A stretch of 64,000 bases of DNA, from contig OX597815.1 of assembly GCA_951406725.2 (NCBI GenBank), positions 38,874,001 through 38,938,000 on the forward strand. The letters run 5' to 3'. Numbering within the stretch: the stretch's first letter is position 1; the number at the start of each line of letters is the position of its first letter. Of this stretch, positions 26,221 through 40,821 are shown piece after piece. Source of the stretch: Octopus vulgaris. Its lineage: Eukaryota. A program made the position numbers and the translations under genes. The notes beneath the pieces were generated by a model that was not told where the DNA came from, did no database searches, and was given only the letters and a program-made list of their open reading frames with translations.

Positions 26221-27601
26221 AAAAGGGCTTAATCAAAATTATATAAATGAAGGAAAACCTCAGTAGCGACTATTTTCGCAGAAGAAAATTCTGAAATTAA
26301 AATGGAATATAGAAAACATCATACAAACAACAGACGTAAGAGAAATATCCTTAATGAAGAATAGAGCATGAATAATTGGATGAAAAAAGGGTAAGTTGAA
26401 CATAACAGGAAAATGAGGAAACAGCTCACAACGCGCCGAAGCACGCGTTGATTTGGAGCAGTTGTAGAGGAAAAGAGTAAAAAAAAAATGAGAGGGTTCA
26501 TGCATGATGTCAAAAATTTTGTAGAGTTAGAAAAGACACGTTTACATTTTCACCCAGAAAAAATACTCCTTAAAAAGGTAATGTTTTAGAAAGTGCGAAA
26601 AGAAGAAAATAACTTAGTCCAATCGTCCGCTCGATGCATGAATCTCTTCGAAAAAGCTCTGAAACATTTTGCCCCTAATTAGAGAACCCTTTCAAAGCAC
26701 AGATTTATACCGCAATCTTTTTAATGTGCATAATGTTATTGCAATTATGCTTTCCAATACGCACCCTACAACAGAAAGGACAAACACCAACACATGCCTT
26801 ATCTCAGAAAACTACCTGAAAATACTGAAAATAATCCACCTATTCAATTAGGGAATCTTTTTGTTTTTTGTTTTTTTCAAAAGCATAGGTCTAACGAATT
26901 CATTTTACCGACAAATAGTATCCTGAAAACCTATACAGAACTCATAACCAATGATTTCAAGGTTAACGTTATTCGGCTTAAAACCTTTTCTAGATCAAGT
27001 GACACGGGAAATTTACCATGCTGTTTCATTTTTCCAAGAGACAGCGAAACTAGGGAAATAAGGTGTCCAGAAAAATCTGGAATTTCCTCATCATGCCCGT
27101 TCTTATCCGGAGCGAGACGACATGTTTATCTGCACAAGAAATTGCAGATATGTCAACGCTACATTAAGAAATCTTCACATGGAAACTGAATATTTATTCA
27201 ACTACCACCGACAGATATTTCCGTGAACAAATATTAAGCCATTAGTTGTCAGTGAATTTTGTTATTTCACTGGAATTTCTAACAAGAATGAAAAAGACTC
27301 CTTCGTATATTGCACCTGAAATTTTACCCATCTAGAAACAGCCCGACCGACGTTATTACAACCTGCAGTCGTCGATTTACCTGCTTGTATGCGTGACCTG
27401 AAGTGACTTATAAAATGAGCCTTACAAATAATCTAAAGACAGTTGGTCAGATGCAGAAACCGTGGCTGCTTTTTACCCAATATTATCAGATATGATATAA
27501 TCTGAATAATCAGAGTTTTCTAATAATGCAGAATTGAATCAAACTGTTAATATAAGTATTTACATGCAAACATACAAACATACTTACATATACACTCAAG
27601 C

Positions 27602-27639
<38 letters not shown>

Positions 27640-28436
27640 GTGTTTGTGTGTATGTGTGGTTTGTATCTGGTGTCTGTCTTCATAAAAGTGTAAAAAATTC
27701 ACGTGTGCTGTAGACGTTAATGTTTCAGCAAAAATTTACTTTCTCGGCCTTTTGGTTTTGATTTCTTCTTTTCGCAACGTGGATCGATATAATGCCAAAA
27801 GATTTTCCAGTTAATTATATCCGTATGAAGCGTTAATATTTCCAATGCTATTACGATAACCAATAAATGTACATCACCAAATACGAGTCAAAACTAAATC
27901 AAAATATTCTCATACACACATATGTTGTTTGTAAGTCTTTCTCAATTAACTGCCAATTTATTCACTCAAAGAATTATGTAGTACCAGGTATATGTCCGTG
28001 TGGTCTGTGTGTTGCGTTTCGGGGTTCAATTCCACTACTTGGCGTCTTAAGTAAAAGTTATTTTCTGGTTGACCTATACTTTGCGAGTAACTTTGGGTTG
28101 AGGGATACTGTGCAAAAGCCCGTCGGCTTGATTGATCTAGTGATTCAAAAGTTACAGCCTTATCACAGCAGAGGTCACACTGATTCTCTTTCCTGGAATA
28201 TACTTTAAGGGTTCACGCGTGAGTGGAATCTTCAGCCAACTTGCATGTTAACTCAGCCAACTTACGAATGCCTTCCACGTTCTAGTGTGTAAGGGGTATG
28301 TTAAAAATGAAAGAAAAAAGGCATCGGAGGGGTGATGCATACTCTGCTTGCAGATAAATTTTCTCACAAATTATAGTGTGGCTTACAATGCGTCGCTTAC
28401 CCATGCTTTTTAATTGAAGTGGGTTTTTTTAAGTAT

Positions 28437-28569
28437 CACCATTATAAATATTTATACTCCGATGAAATTAAGAGATCAACTCGTAAATAAATGAAACCCT
28501 CGAATCCATCACTGTACCCACACACACGCACAAACGCACACACACACTCGGAGAGACACACACAGTAAC

Positions 28570-28600
<31 letters not shown>

Positions 28601-28826
28601 TGTATGTATGTACCCACACATGTCTACGCGCATAGATACACCATGAGATACACACAGATGAGGGTCGATTCATATGAAAAAGAAAATGAATAAAATGAAA
28701 TACTTATAGAAAATACTGCATAGAAATTGAGAAATGTTTCACCATTATAGGTATTTATACTCCAGTGAAATTAAGAAATCAAATTGTAAATAAATGAAAC
28801 TTTTGAATTCATCACTGTACACATAG

Positions 28827-28877
<51 letters not shown>

Positions 28878-28925
28878 TACACAGACACACACACAGTCGC
28901 ATATTTATGTATGTCTTTATGTATG
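28437..28925 (+). repeat. Diverged tandem duplication, about 300-bp period
   Basis: CACCATTATA..TATTTATACTCC..TGAAATTAAGA..GTAAATAAATGAAAC..GAAT.CATCACTGTAC-(CA)n at 28437 and 28740. Confidence 0.85.
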
Positions 28926-29767
28926 TTTGAAGATAATCAAACCAGTTTTCATTATTTGGAGCTACTCACTCAATGAGTATTTCTGCCAAATTTGGTGAAA
29001 ATCCGTTCAGCCGTTGTCCAGTAATTTTGCACACACGCAAACAGACAAAGAAGAAGTATTACAATAATAACTGGACATATCTTATTTTTGATTCTTCTTA
29101 CTGTGAAAACATACAAAATCAACTGGCAAGCCTCGGCACACACCAGCAAATATATTGCTTGCTGTTTCTACGTATAAGAACAAAAGTCTCGGCATAGCTC
29201 CAAATGTGCCATCCACTATAGATATAGAAGATATAGAGGTACTTATAGTGAGGAAATGCTTGTTTCAGAATCAAATAAAGTGTATTGTCTAAGGACTGCT
29301 AGCAGGTGGGGAATACAAGATGGACTGGAGTTTACGGATATAAGTATAGGAAAAAGAGTTTATTTGATTTTAGTTCTTATAAAGAGTGTATGTAAAGCGT
29401 GTGTTTTTTGTGTCTGTTTTTTTAATATAATGTAAAATACTCTCGTAACTATAGGAGGTTTTAAAATCCGATCATTAGATCAAGACTTTGTAATAGAGAG
29501 TAAGTGAGAGGGAAATATTGCACTGGAAAGATACCAGATAATCATATGAAATATGCTCCGAAGGTCTTATTGGCCAAATATACGTGAATCGCAGTACCTA
29601 GAATTATATATACTTGTTAGAAAAGCCTCGTATAAATTCGAACTCTCATTCACTGTTTTACTGATTGTCGTTTACTTTCGACATTTTCTCTAATCTATTT
29701 TCCCTTCAGACATCTCATTTCTACAGACTTCCATTAACTCATACATACTCGTTTATAATTTAATATA

Positions 29768-29833
<66 letters not shown>

Positions 29834-30691
29834 TAGTATACATACATACTCATAATTTGATATACATGTGCGTGTAATTAGTATTTGTGTATCTATGTGT
29901 ATGTATACGTGTGAATATATTAAATATTTATGTGTAGTGCGATCTGCGTCAGAAATTCATCTGAAAGTCTATATCGAATTTATATGACAAAATGTCTTTC
30001 GAAATATGTTAATGTGAGAAGAAGTAATTCAAGACACCTGCAATCTTAAGACAGGATAAAGAAAAACCAAAATTTATTACATTTTTGTTGGAATTATTCT
30101 TGGTGACACATGGAAATTTAATTCGTTGCTGAAAATGTATATCAATAAATACCTGTATATTTTTCATGCGCCTATAAAAATCAAGCTGTAAAACATTGTT
30201 TCCGTAATTATAGTTTTTAAAGCACGTTACAAATCTGTGAATACTTAAAACATTCCAAATGAAGTCGAGTTCAGTGGCTATCATCGTAGCATTTTATTGA
30301 TCATTTAAGAGAACACGAAATTTTGCTTAAGTTAGCGTCTTTGTATACAAAAGAAATAAACATGAATCTGCAGCACATTGTAAGTAGATCGCAAGAGAAG
30401 AGGCGGTTGAATCAGAATTGCATCATACGCGAAGGAAATGGAAAACGATAGATTGCCATTAGGTTGTTCTTTTAGGGATTTCAGTTGACAGAAATACAAT
30501 AATGATTATATTTCTTATCTTTGGTCATTTACAGAATAACTTACCAAGGATATTTGTATGCGTATTCACAAACATACACACACACACACACACACACACG
30601 AAAATACACACACGCACATACATACATACATATATACATACATACATACATACATGCATGCATACATATATACATACATACATACATACAT

Positions 30692-30753
30692 ATATATGTA
30701 TGTACTTATGCATATCTATGCATATAAGTATACCACCACACACATGCATACAA

Positions 30754-30850
<97 letters not shown>

Positions 30851-30934
30851 GAGAGAATATATATACATGCATATATATGTATGTACTTATGCATATCTAT
30901 GCATATAAGTATACCACCACACACATGCATACAA

Positions 30935-31025
<91 letters not shown>

Positions 31026-31030
31026 GAGAG
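30692..31030 (+). repeat. Near-identical tandem duplication (about 180 bp) embedded in microsatellites
   Basis: ATGTACTTATGCATATCTATGCATATAAGTATACCACCACACACATGCATACAAA-(CA)n-(TA)n-TTCAGAGAGA occurs twice. Confidence 0.9.
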
Positions 31031-32154
31031 AGTGTGAGAGAGATGCTTGTGTGTATATATGTGAGTGTGTGTATTCGTGTGAGAGCACAGGTTATCAAAC
31101 ATTATTGAAGCTGTTGCAATGCAGCAATCGACTTACGTGTGTTTTCTTTATTGCAAACACACACGTGCATCTGAAGCTACAGATAATCCCCCATCAGACT
31201 GGTGCTCTTTGAAAGAGGAATATAACAAACGGTACAGCAACAACACTCCAGAACTTCAGATGTATTTGTTGATCAGCAGAAGCTCATTGTGTAGTTGCAG
31301 ATTCTTTATGCTAACACGGAATTCTCGTGAGAAAATTACTATTTCCTGAACCGCCTGGTATTGTGTAGTGTGTAAATTTAACTAATACGTTGACAATACC
31401 TGCATTGAATGCATAAATGTTTTGCAATAATACATGCAAATGGCATAAACTATTGTTTCATTTGGACTTATTAATGTAACCAAGTTTACATGAGATTAAA
31501 CTTTGAAAAATATTATTGGAAAGTTTGCTTCCATAGAACTCCAATATTCATTTAACGTCGTGGTAAATAAATAGAGCACATAGCATCTGAAACTTAATGA
31601 CACCTGCTCATTGTATTATACAGTCAACCGTCCAAGTGATGTCAGGAATACATATAATTAAACTGTTGGACATGTGTAAAATTGGAAGACAATATTAGAA
31701 ATATACTAATTTCACCATAGGAATAAGCTGAACGCTTATTCCAATGTAAATCATGGCGTGCTGAGATGTTTAGCGTTTCGGAAAATAATTACTGGTCTCT
31801 GCTGCTAGTTAATGAAACTGGAATTACAATGAATGAAATAGTAGTGACATTAAAATAACTGAAGATAAATAAAACACAAAGAAATTATATAATAAATGCA
31901 AAGATTCTAAAATAAGGTGGATGGGTGTTGCAAAGAATATTAAATGTTTTCTGTAACTTTTGGTTCAGTGATTGTAGTTCCTTTCTAACTGGCATTAAGG
32001 GATTATCATAAGAAGCAACTTTGTAATTAAAGAGATATCATTCGTTTTTAATTATGTTACTCTCTTTTTAACTGATGGTAAAGTGTACAGAAATGTAGAA
32101 GTTTTGAAAAACATAATCCTGCTAGGGTAAAAGGTTTTCAACAGATAATATACT

Positions 32155-33100
32155 GCACCGTAGTCCATCCCCTCCTCACCGTGGTGGGGGCGCTGGTAAC
32201 GGGTAGTGTCAGAGCTATACCATCGGGAACTTCGGTTCCTGGTAGGGCCACCCAAGGCGGATTGGTCTGACACCGAGTGGTATTAGGGCCACAACCCGAC
32301 AGACGGAGCTCTGGTGAAAATCCTCGGGGTGTCTGTTTCGGCAACCGGCGGCTCCCCGGTCGTTCTGCCCCTGCGTCTGCGGACAATCTGCGGAAAACAG
32401 GATGTCTCTACATGCGGGATTGTTGGAGACCGCTTGTCAAATCCACATATTCCCGCGAAACTTCTTCCATGAATTCTCAATGGCGAATACCATGCCTCGA
32501 GGGTGGTTGAAGAAGCCGACTCAACCCGCCCAAGGTGAATGTCACCACAAGTAAGTACAAGTAAAAGTACCGTGGAGAAGTTGCTACAAAGCATATAACC
32601 TTCGTGAACTTCGTCGATTTTCAGAAAGCATTTAAAAATTCAAATAGTGAAGGCTTACAAACGATTATATGAATATATGAGGTCCCTTGAAAACTGCTAA
32701 ATATTATCAGAATACTCTGTTATATATTACAGTAATTGCAAAGAATGTCGAGAATTTAGAACCGAAATAGGAGTCAGCTGCAAATATGTGTTATTATCAA
32801 AATTTTTCATTAGAGTAATCGATTTATCTTAATAGAAGTATTGTCCAACATGGAAAACAGTTTTGTTTTGCAGAATAAAGACACCCTGGGGAAATCACAT
32901 GAAAAGAGACAGTAATCATTAGCTTGCAGCGTGACAGTGCATCAGAAATAACTATGTTTAGCAGAGGAAATTAAGGTACTGAAGAGTGGTGCAGTCGATG
33001 CAGGTAATGTCTAATATGAAACTATCTAAGCTTATTTATCTAAAGAAGTATGGATAGCGACAGGGTATGAAAGAGATGTATTGTTAGAAGAAAGAATTGA
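32155..33100 (+). mobile_element. RTE-clade LINE remnant: GC-rich 5' UTR joined to a decayed RT segment
   Basis: 5'-UTR motif GAGCTATACC...GTTCCTGGTAGGGCCACCCAAGG, shared with 60801; downstream FVNFVDFQKAF..YEVP*KLLNIIR. Confidence 0.75.
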
Positions 33101-33619
33101 GAAAAGTAGCTAGAATGAAGTTTATGGTGGTAAGATACAGCAGAGATGGGGTGGAAGAGCAGCTGAATTGCACGGGGGTTATAGTAGGTGGAACATAGCC
33201 CCAAAGTACATTAGTGGAGCAAAAACACAATAGCAGTTCACATGAGCGTATTCCAGGAAGAGGTATTTTCGTGTGGATTTCTCATGCACTTTGAAAAACA
33301 TCAGTTGTTCAAGAATTATAAAATGTTGTCTTAAGCTTTGTTATAGTCCATCGTGGATGTGAAGTTTCTAAACTTTTGAACTTTACGTTGTTTCCCATAC
33401 TGCATGTAGGCTTTCTTGATAATTGAAATAAGGAATAAAATAAATGTTACCTTTTGAGGATTTGTCACCCAACTCTATTGAAGCACTACAAATATACAAA
33501 CAATTCTATTTAGTTCATTACTATCGACAAAAATTCTCTTCTATTCAGCAATTTGTTATGTGTTTATAAAATAATGGTAGGAGAGAGCTCACCAGATATA
33601 CGCCATGATACATGGTGTG

Positions 33620-33840
33620 CAGATCGAAACCAGCAATTCTGCTCTATTTCCAAAATGTGGCTTAAGCAACATGGAATTGTTTCTGTTCAGTCACGTCTCA
33701 GCTGGGCTGGTCAAGTCATCAACCGTTCAAGGACAACATTGAATATAGTCTTAATGTTGTCATTTTCCCTCACGTATACCGTTATGCGTATATTTTGAAT
33801 CACCTGGAATGGAAGACTTGTCACCAAGGTATCAAAAATT
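33620..33840 (+). mobile_element. Probable RTE C-terminal fragment
   Basis: QSRLSWAGQV resembles the LRWAGHV motif. Confidence 0.4.
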
Positions 33841-34126
33841 TCGTAGTGCCCAATCTTAGTCTTCTGGGAGAATTAAGAACGAAGTAACTGACCAGTTGTC
33901 TTACTAAATTACGTTAGTGTGTGTAAGTTTCTTGCTGCATCAGCCTCTTGCAACGGATGCAAGCATAAAAAAAAAGAATTCTTCTGCTGAACTCTTCGGC
34001 TTTTTTTACAGGAAAGTTCAAATTCATGCACACGCACACGCGCACACAAGCACGCACATACACACATGCATACATGTACATATAAATACAAATATACATA
34101 CATACATACATACATACATACATACA

Positions 34127-34159
<33 letters not shown>

Positions 34160-34194
34160 TCTGTTGTGTCTGGGGAGAGTCATTTTCTTTTTGT

Positions 34195-35019
<825 letters not shown>

Positions 35020-35024
<5 letters not shown>

Positions 35025-35247
35025 GGCGATCTGGCAGAAACGTTAGCACGCTGGGCGAAATGCGTAGCTGTATTTCGTCTGTCGTCACGTTCCGAGTTCA
35101 AATTCCGCCGAGGTCGACTTTGCCTTTCATCCTTTCGGGGTCGATAAGTTAAGTACCAGTTACACACTGGGGTCGATATAATCGACATAATCCGTTTGTC
35201 TGTCCTTGTTTGTCCCGTCTGTGTTTAGCCCCTTGTGGGTAGTAAAG

Positions 35248-35250
<3 letters not shown>
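35020..35250 (+). mobile_element. SINE family B (Nin-domain-like)
   Basis: GGCGGCGATCTGGCAGAAACGTTAGCACG...GAGTTCAAATTCC (B box)...GTCGACTTTGCCTTTCATCCTTTCGGGGTCGATAA; near-identical copies at 41929 and 57963. Confidence 0.92.
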
Positions 35251-35330
<80 letters not shown>

Positions 35331-35334
35331 TATA

Positions 35335-35690
35335 TACATCGTTTATTTTTTTAGTCAGACTACGGCCATACAAGGGCATCGCCTTAAAGGGTTTAGTAGA
35401 ACAAATCGGATCCGGCACTTATTTCAAAGCCTGATACTTATTCTCGATATCTTTTGCCGCTGCACTAAATTATGGGGATGTAAACAAAGCAACACCAGTT
35501 GTCAATCGACGGGGTACACTATAAACACAAATTCATGTACACATATGCATATATACAGGACGGGATTCTATACAGCTCCCAACTACCAAATCCACTCAAG
35601 GCTTTGGTCATCCCGGGGCTATAGTAAAAGACATTTGCCCAAGGTGCTGTACAGTGAGAATGAACCCAAGGCCGCATAGTTGGGAAGCAC
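35335..35690 (-). mobile_element. SINE family A, decayed
   Basis: Reverse complement of CTTCCCAAC...CACCTTGGGCAAATGTCTTTTACTATAGCCCCGG..AAAGCCTTGAGTGGATTTGGTAG. Confidence 0.8.
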
Positions 35691-35799
35691 ATGTGTGTGT
35701 GTGCGTGTGCGTGTGCGTGTCTTGGTATGCGTGTGTGCATGCGTGCAACTGTTCGTGTGTATGTAACTTAAGATGGTAAAATGTGATTTGAGGAGAGTT

Positions 35800-36007
35800 T
35801 GAGAAGGAAAGGAAGAAGTAGAAGGAACAAAGGAAGAAGAGGAAGAAGGAAAAGAAGAAAAAGAAGACGAGGGCGACGACGAAGAAGAAGCAGAAGCAGA
35901 AGAAGAAGAAGAAGAAGAAGAAGAAGACGAGGAAAAGAAGAAGAAGAAGAAGAAGAAGAAGAGGAGAAAGAATAAGAATAAGAAGTAGTAGTAGTATCAG
36001 CAGTAGC

Positions 36008-36078
<71 letters not shown>

Positions 36079-36175
36079 CAGCAGCAGTAGTAGTAGTAGC
36101 AGTAGAAGAAGAAGAAGAAGAAGAAGAAGAAGAAGAAGAAGAAGAAGAAGAAGAAGAAGAAGAAGAAGAAGAAGG
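35800..36175. repeat. Compound (AAG)n/(AGT)n/(AAG)n array
   Basis: Direct reading. Confidence 0.95.
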
Positions 36176-36304
36176 AAAAGCTGGGGTTTGTCAACCGGTA
36201 CTGGCGGGGCCATTGTTACGAAGATTCGTTCAATGGAATACTATGTGTTTAACAGCACAACGACATTAGTCTGCGACAATTTCAAATGAAAAGATCTATT
36301 ACAT

Positions 36305-36445
36305 ATTTTGTTGTAGCTGGGGAGTCATTCCCCTTTAGTGCCTTATTAATTAACACACTCACCGGTAAAGTTTCCACTCATTTGCTTATTTATTTTTTTG
36401 TTAAATTTTCGTTGTGTCTTGCAACCTTTTCAATAGTCGTTGACT
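36305..36445 (-). mobile_element. Third copy of the hammerhead-bearing element of 34160-34295
   Basis: GTTGTAGCTGGGGAGTCATT..GTGCCTTATTAATTAACACAC..TTTTCGTTGTGTCTTGCAACCTTTTCAATAGTC aligns to 34162-34292. Confidence 0.8.
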
Positions 36446-37120
36446 CTGTCCATTACCCGAGCTGCGTTCTTTTTGTTTGTACGCATGTGTGTGGGTCAGT
36501 GTGTGCGCGAATACACATGTATGTATGTATGCATGTATGTATGTATGTATGTATGTATGTTTGCATGTATGTATGTATGCATGCATGTATGTGTGTATGC
36601 ATGTATGTATGTGTGTGTGCGTATGCATATATGTATGTGTGTACATTTGCGTGTATGTATTCTGCATATTCGTGGGTTTCTGTTTGAGTGCTTTTATGTG
36701 TTTGTGTACCTCTGATTCCTTGTGTGTGCATGTCTGAGTGTGTCTGTGTGTGTGTAGGTTTTTGTGACTATGTAGTATCTGTATGTATGGATGTGTATAT
36801 CCATATGTGTGGATGTGTGTCTCCATATGTGTCCTTGTGTGAAGTGTGTGTGTGTGTGTGGTCATGTGTTTCAGTTTTCATTTCCGTATGTGTGTATGTG
36901 TGCTTGTCTGTTCATATTACATGTGTACCTATCCATCTGTATATCTATCTTTTTACATTCATATGCCTACATATATGTAAATATACAAATGCGTATACAC
37001 ACACACGCGTCTACATAACAGCCCACTAACTATTTTACCTGTATAAAAATATAAACTGCGGGTGTAAGAGTATGATTACCTACTACGTATATTTCCTATT
37101 TAGTACTGGGAATGTTTCAT

Positions 37121-37670
37121 TTATGAGGACGTACTTCTGTATTTGTCTGATGGTTGGGTCCTTTGGTTGCTTGGATAAAATGAGGATGTCAAGTTGACCC
37201 AGGTTGCCTCCATGCTGGTCCTTGGCATGTTGGTAGAGTATGTAGGACTGTTTTTTTTATTGCCGTATTGTCTCAAATGTTCATTTAGTCTTTCCGCAAT
37301 GCTCTTAGATGTTTCCCCCATGTATGTCATGTTCATGTCTTTACAAGCACATTCTATGCATCTTAAGTTGTAGACTACATTTCTAGTTCTACAGTTAATG
37401 CCAAGGTTAATCCTACATACCATGCAGTTATCATTGGTGCACATGGTATTCTCAAAGGGGTACGTCCTACATAGTTGTGATCTGATGGAGTTCCCTAGGT
37501 TTTCAATAATCTTCATGTTGAGTTTGGTCTTCTTCAGAGCTTTCCTAATTCTACAGGCTAGTTATCCATGGGCTCTAGCCTCTACAAACATCACTCCTTG
37601 ATATTTGTCGATTTTACACCACGTCTCCACCCTATTTGCTTTGTCCCAAGCTCTTTGCATTGTATTCCGG
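37121..37670 (-). mobile_element. Penelope-like element fragment: Cys-rich linker + GIY-YIG endonuclease
   Basis: CTNDNCMVC...CRTRNVVYNLRCIEC...YMGETSKSIAERLNEH; upstream GVMFVEA..LRKAL-like segment with a stop. Confidence 0.88.
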
Positions 37671-38399
37671 TCTTTGCTTCCATTGTTTGAGGAATGTGAG
37701 CGTCTGACAACGTTCCAAATGCCAGGACTTTAACTCTGTCAATGATACAAGCTGTGGAAAGCCGTGCTTGTCAGTAGGTATCCACATTTGTTATTCTTCT
37801 TCAAGTTCGACACAAAGGTTCATATTGTATTGGTGTTAAATACTAACCCTTAACTAAAAAGAGGTTTATCATACCTTAAAAAGATCCTGGGGATAATTAG
37901 TAATGCCTTTCTTTCACTGACTAAGCTATTAAAATATTATATTATCTAGTACATACGGGTTAGCTAATATAATTAGATTTACGAGTTATTCAATGCATTT
38001 GAAAGGTTAGTGTGAAATAAAGCAAAATTGATCCCTAAAATAAAAATGATATTAGAATACCAGAAGCAATCCAAATTACAGGTCTACAAGTTTTTCCTAT
38101 CAAGACATAAACCCACCCCTGCCACCTTAAATCTGTACTCTGCAACAGAATCGTTGCTCACTTTACCTGAAGAGTTGAGAAGGTACCGGAAACGAATATG
38201 TGACTGTAAAGAGCAGCTACTGGAGAACCGAGTAATTATCTAAGATAGCATGACATTGATTGATTACTGAAGCTGATTTCGTAGCATATAATATGATGCT
38301 ATGAGAAAACGGGAAACGATTACATCACTAGAGAGCAAAGAATTGTTCAACAAAACCAGTCCTATACAGATGTCTGCATTAGCCACAAGGGCTCGAAGA

Positions 38400-38780
38400 G
38401 AGATGTGGAAGCACTCCGTCGGTTACGACGATGAGGGTTCCGGTTGATCCGAATAAACGGAACAGCCTGCTCGTGAAATTAACGAGCACTCCACAGACAC
38501 GTGCACCCTTAACGTAGTTCTCGGGGATATTCAGCGTGGCACAGAAAGTGACAAGGCCGGCCCCTTGAAATACAGGTACAACAGAAACAGGAAGTAAGAG
38601 TGAGAGAAAGTTGTGGTGAGAGAGTACAGCAGGGATCACCACCATCCCCTGCCGGAGCCTCGTGGAGCTTTTAGGTGTTTTCGCTCAATAAACACTCACA
38701 ACGCCCGGTCTGGGAATCGAAACCGCGATCCTATGACCGCGAGTCCACTGCCCTAACCACTGGGCCATTGCGCCTCCACT
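38400..38780 (-). mobile_element. SINE family C (tRNA-derived)
   Basis: Minus-strand head GGAGGCGCAATGGCCCAGTGGTTAGGGCAG (A box)...GGTTTCGATTCCC (B box), followed by a non-tRNA GC-rich body. Confidence 0.88.
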
Positions 38781-39495
38781 CGAAGAGAGATAGAAAAACG
38801 TTAAATAAGGTGCTTACAAACATTTGTGATATAGAACGAATGATTTACACAAAAGGAGTGAAAGTTGATAAGCAAATTAAAATTTAAAAAGGCATAGTTA
38901 ATGAAGCGGAATAGATTAAAGAGTATGATAAAACAATAATTAAAGTAAAATATATAAAATAGTAAAAATAGTAAAAATATTTTCGGTTTTGTTCACTAAT
39001 GGAGAAAACTACTTATTGGGTAAGGTTAGAGCACACCACATCCCACCTACTTACCGTTACCAGTACTGTTGTCTCGTACACTCAAAAGCATCCGTATTTT
39101 GATTTGGCTGGGGAAGATAAGTATTCACATTTCGAAGATAAGACTATTTTAGTTCGTTGTAACACCTTTGGTTTACTATCCTTCACATGTCTCCCTATCC
39201 AGTGACGCAGCATGATAATGTATGCTATGAAATTATTTTCAGTAATCAATCTACGTCATGCTGGCTTAAATAATTGCCCAGTTCCCCAGCAGCTGTTCAT
39301 TACTGCCCAAGATAGTCCATGTCTTTACTGCTCCTTGCACAGCAGGCCCAAATGTGCCATTCCATTGGTATTAAATAGTAAGCCTTGATAATTTTGTAAG
39401 TGCAGCAGTAAGGTAATTAATTAAAATCATTTTTGGCTCTGAGCGAAAAAAACCAAGAAACATATGTTTACGCTTTTAGAGCCAATAATAATATT

Positions 39496-39685
39496 AATAA
39501 TAATCCTTTCTACTAAAAGCACAAGGCCTGAAATTTGGGGAGGGGGATAGTCGTTTACATCGACCCCGTGTTTCACTGGTACGTAATTTATAAACCCTGA
39601 AAGGATGAAAGGAAAAGTTGACCGCGGCAGAATTTGAACTCAGAACGTAAAGACAAACGAAATACCGGAATACCGTCGGACCGGA
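39496..39685 (-). mobile_element. SINE family B
   Basis: Reverse complement of CTGAGTTCAAATTCTGCCGCGGTCAACTTTTCCTTTCATCCTTTCAGGG. Confidence 0.85.
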
Positions 39686-40394
39686 ATATCGTCGACATTG
39701 CATTAATGCTTCTGTCAAGGATACTGAGAAAACAGACTTGCTTATGAATTTAGCAAAACTAAAGTGAAAATAAGTCACCTGCTTTCGATGGATTTCTCAA
39801 TGTATATAAAAGAAATGAGTAACACCTGGATTCTTTGATCGAAACAGTGAGAATGCAGTTTGGGGTAAATAAGTAAGCAGTGTTAATTATGAAGAGAGGC
39901 CGAAAAATAAACACTGATGGAATAAAATTACTACATCATTAAATCGTTGCGCGAAACCGAGTGGCAAGATCAGCCGTGATGGATATATTTTATTGTACAT
40001 TTCGGATGATATATGTACATACATGAGTTTATCATTGTAGAAACTGTCCCCTTCTAACACTCTTTCTAATTAAGGTAAGTCAATGATTTTGATTAATAAT
40101 AAATCCCAGAGCTATGCACCAAAACTCGCGAGTGAACTAAAAACTTTTAGTTCAACTATCCCTCCGCTGAGCTATTTAGGCTACATAGGAGTGAAGGCAT
40201 AACTTTTATGAACACTAGTTTATATTTGGCAGAACTAACGTAAATTTTTTCTTCAGTTTTCTGTTTCTTCAGAAATACGCAATATAAAAGGATATTGGAA
40301 TCAACATTATTTGGCTGATGCCGGATTAAACTTATAATTTGGAGAAATGGCTTTACAAATATGTTTGTATAAAGTAGTGTGAAGGAGTATATGA

Positions 40395-40570
40395 AAGAGA
40401 GAGAGAGGGAGAGCAAGAGAGAGGGAGAGAAAGAGAGAGAGGGAGAGAAAGAGAGAGGGAGAGAAAGAGAGAGGGAGAGAAAGAGAGAGGGAGAGTAAGA
40501 GAGAGGGAGAGAAAGAGAGAGAGGGAGAGAAAGAGAGAGGGAGAGAAAGAGAGAGGGAGAGTAAGAGAGT
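40395..40570. repeat. Polypurine minisatellite, about (GAGAGAAAGAGAGAGG)n
   Basis: Direct reading. Confidence 0.9.
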
Positions 40571-40790
40571 GGGGAATGATAGAGAGGGGTGGAGTGAGAG
40601 AGGGTGTGTGGTAGAGAGAGGTGGAGTGGAAGAGGAGGGGTGAGACAGAGGAAGGGAGAGCGGGGAGTAATATATATATATATATATAGAGGGGGAGTGA
40701 GAGAGAGAGGAGGAATAAGAGACAGAGGAGAGAGCGAGCGAGTGAGTGATTGTATGTGTGCGTGCGTGTGTGTGTGTGCGCGTGTGTGTC

Positions 40791-40821
<31 letters not shown>

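Noticed and set aside
26794-27189. 131-aa ORF in non-repetitive sequence
   Set aside because: No recognisable domain or motif; the length is compatible with chance.
38700-38780. tRNA gene
   Set aside because: A and B boxes are present, but the sequence continues into a SINE body with no convincing acceptor stem or terminator; the same applies to the other SINE heads.
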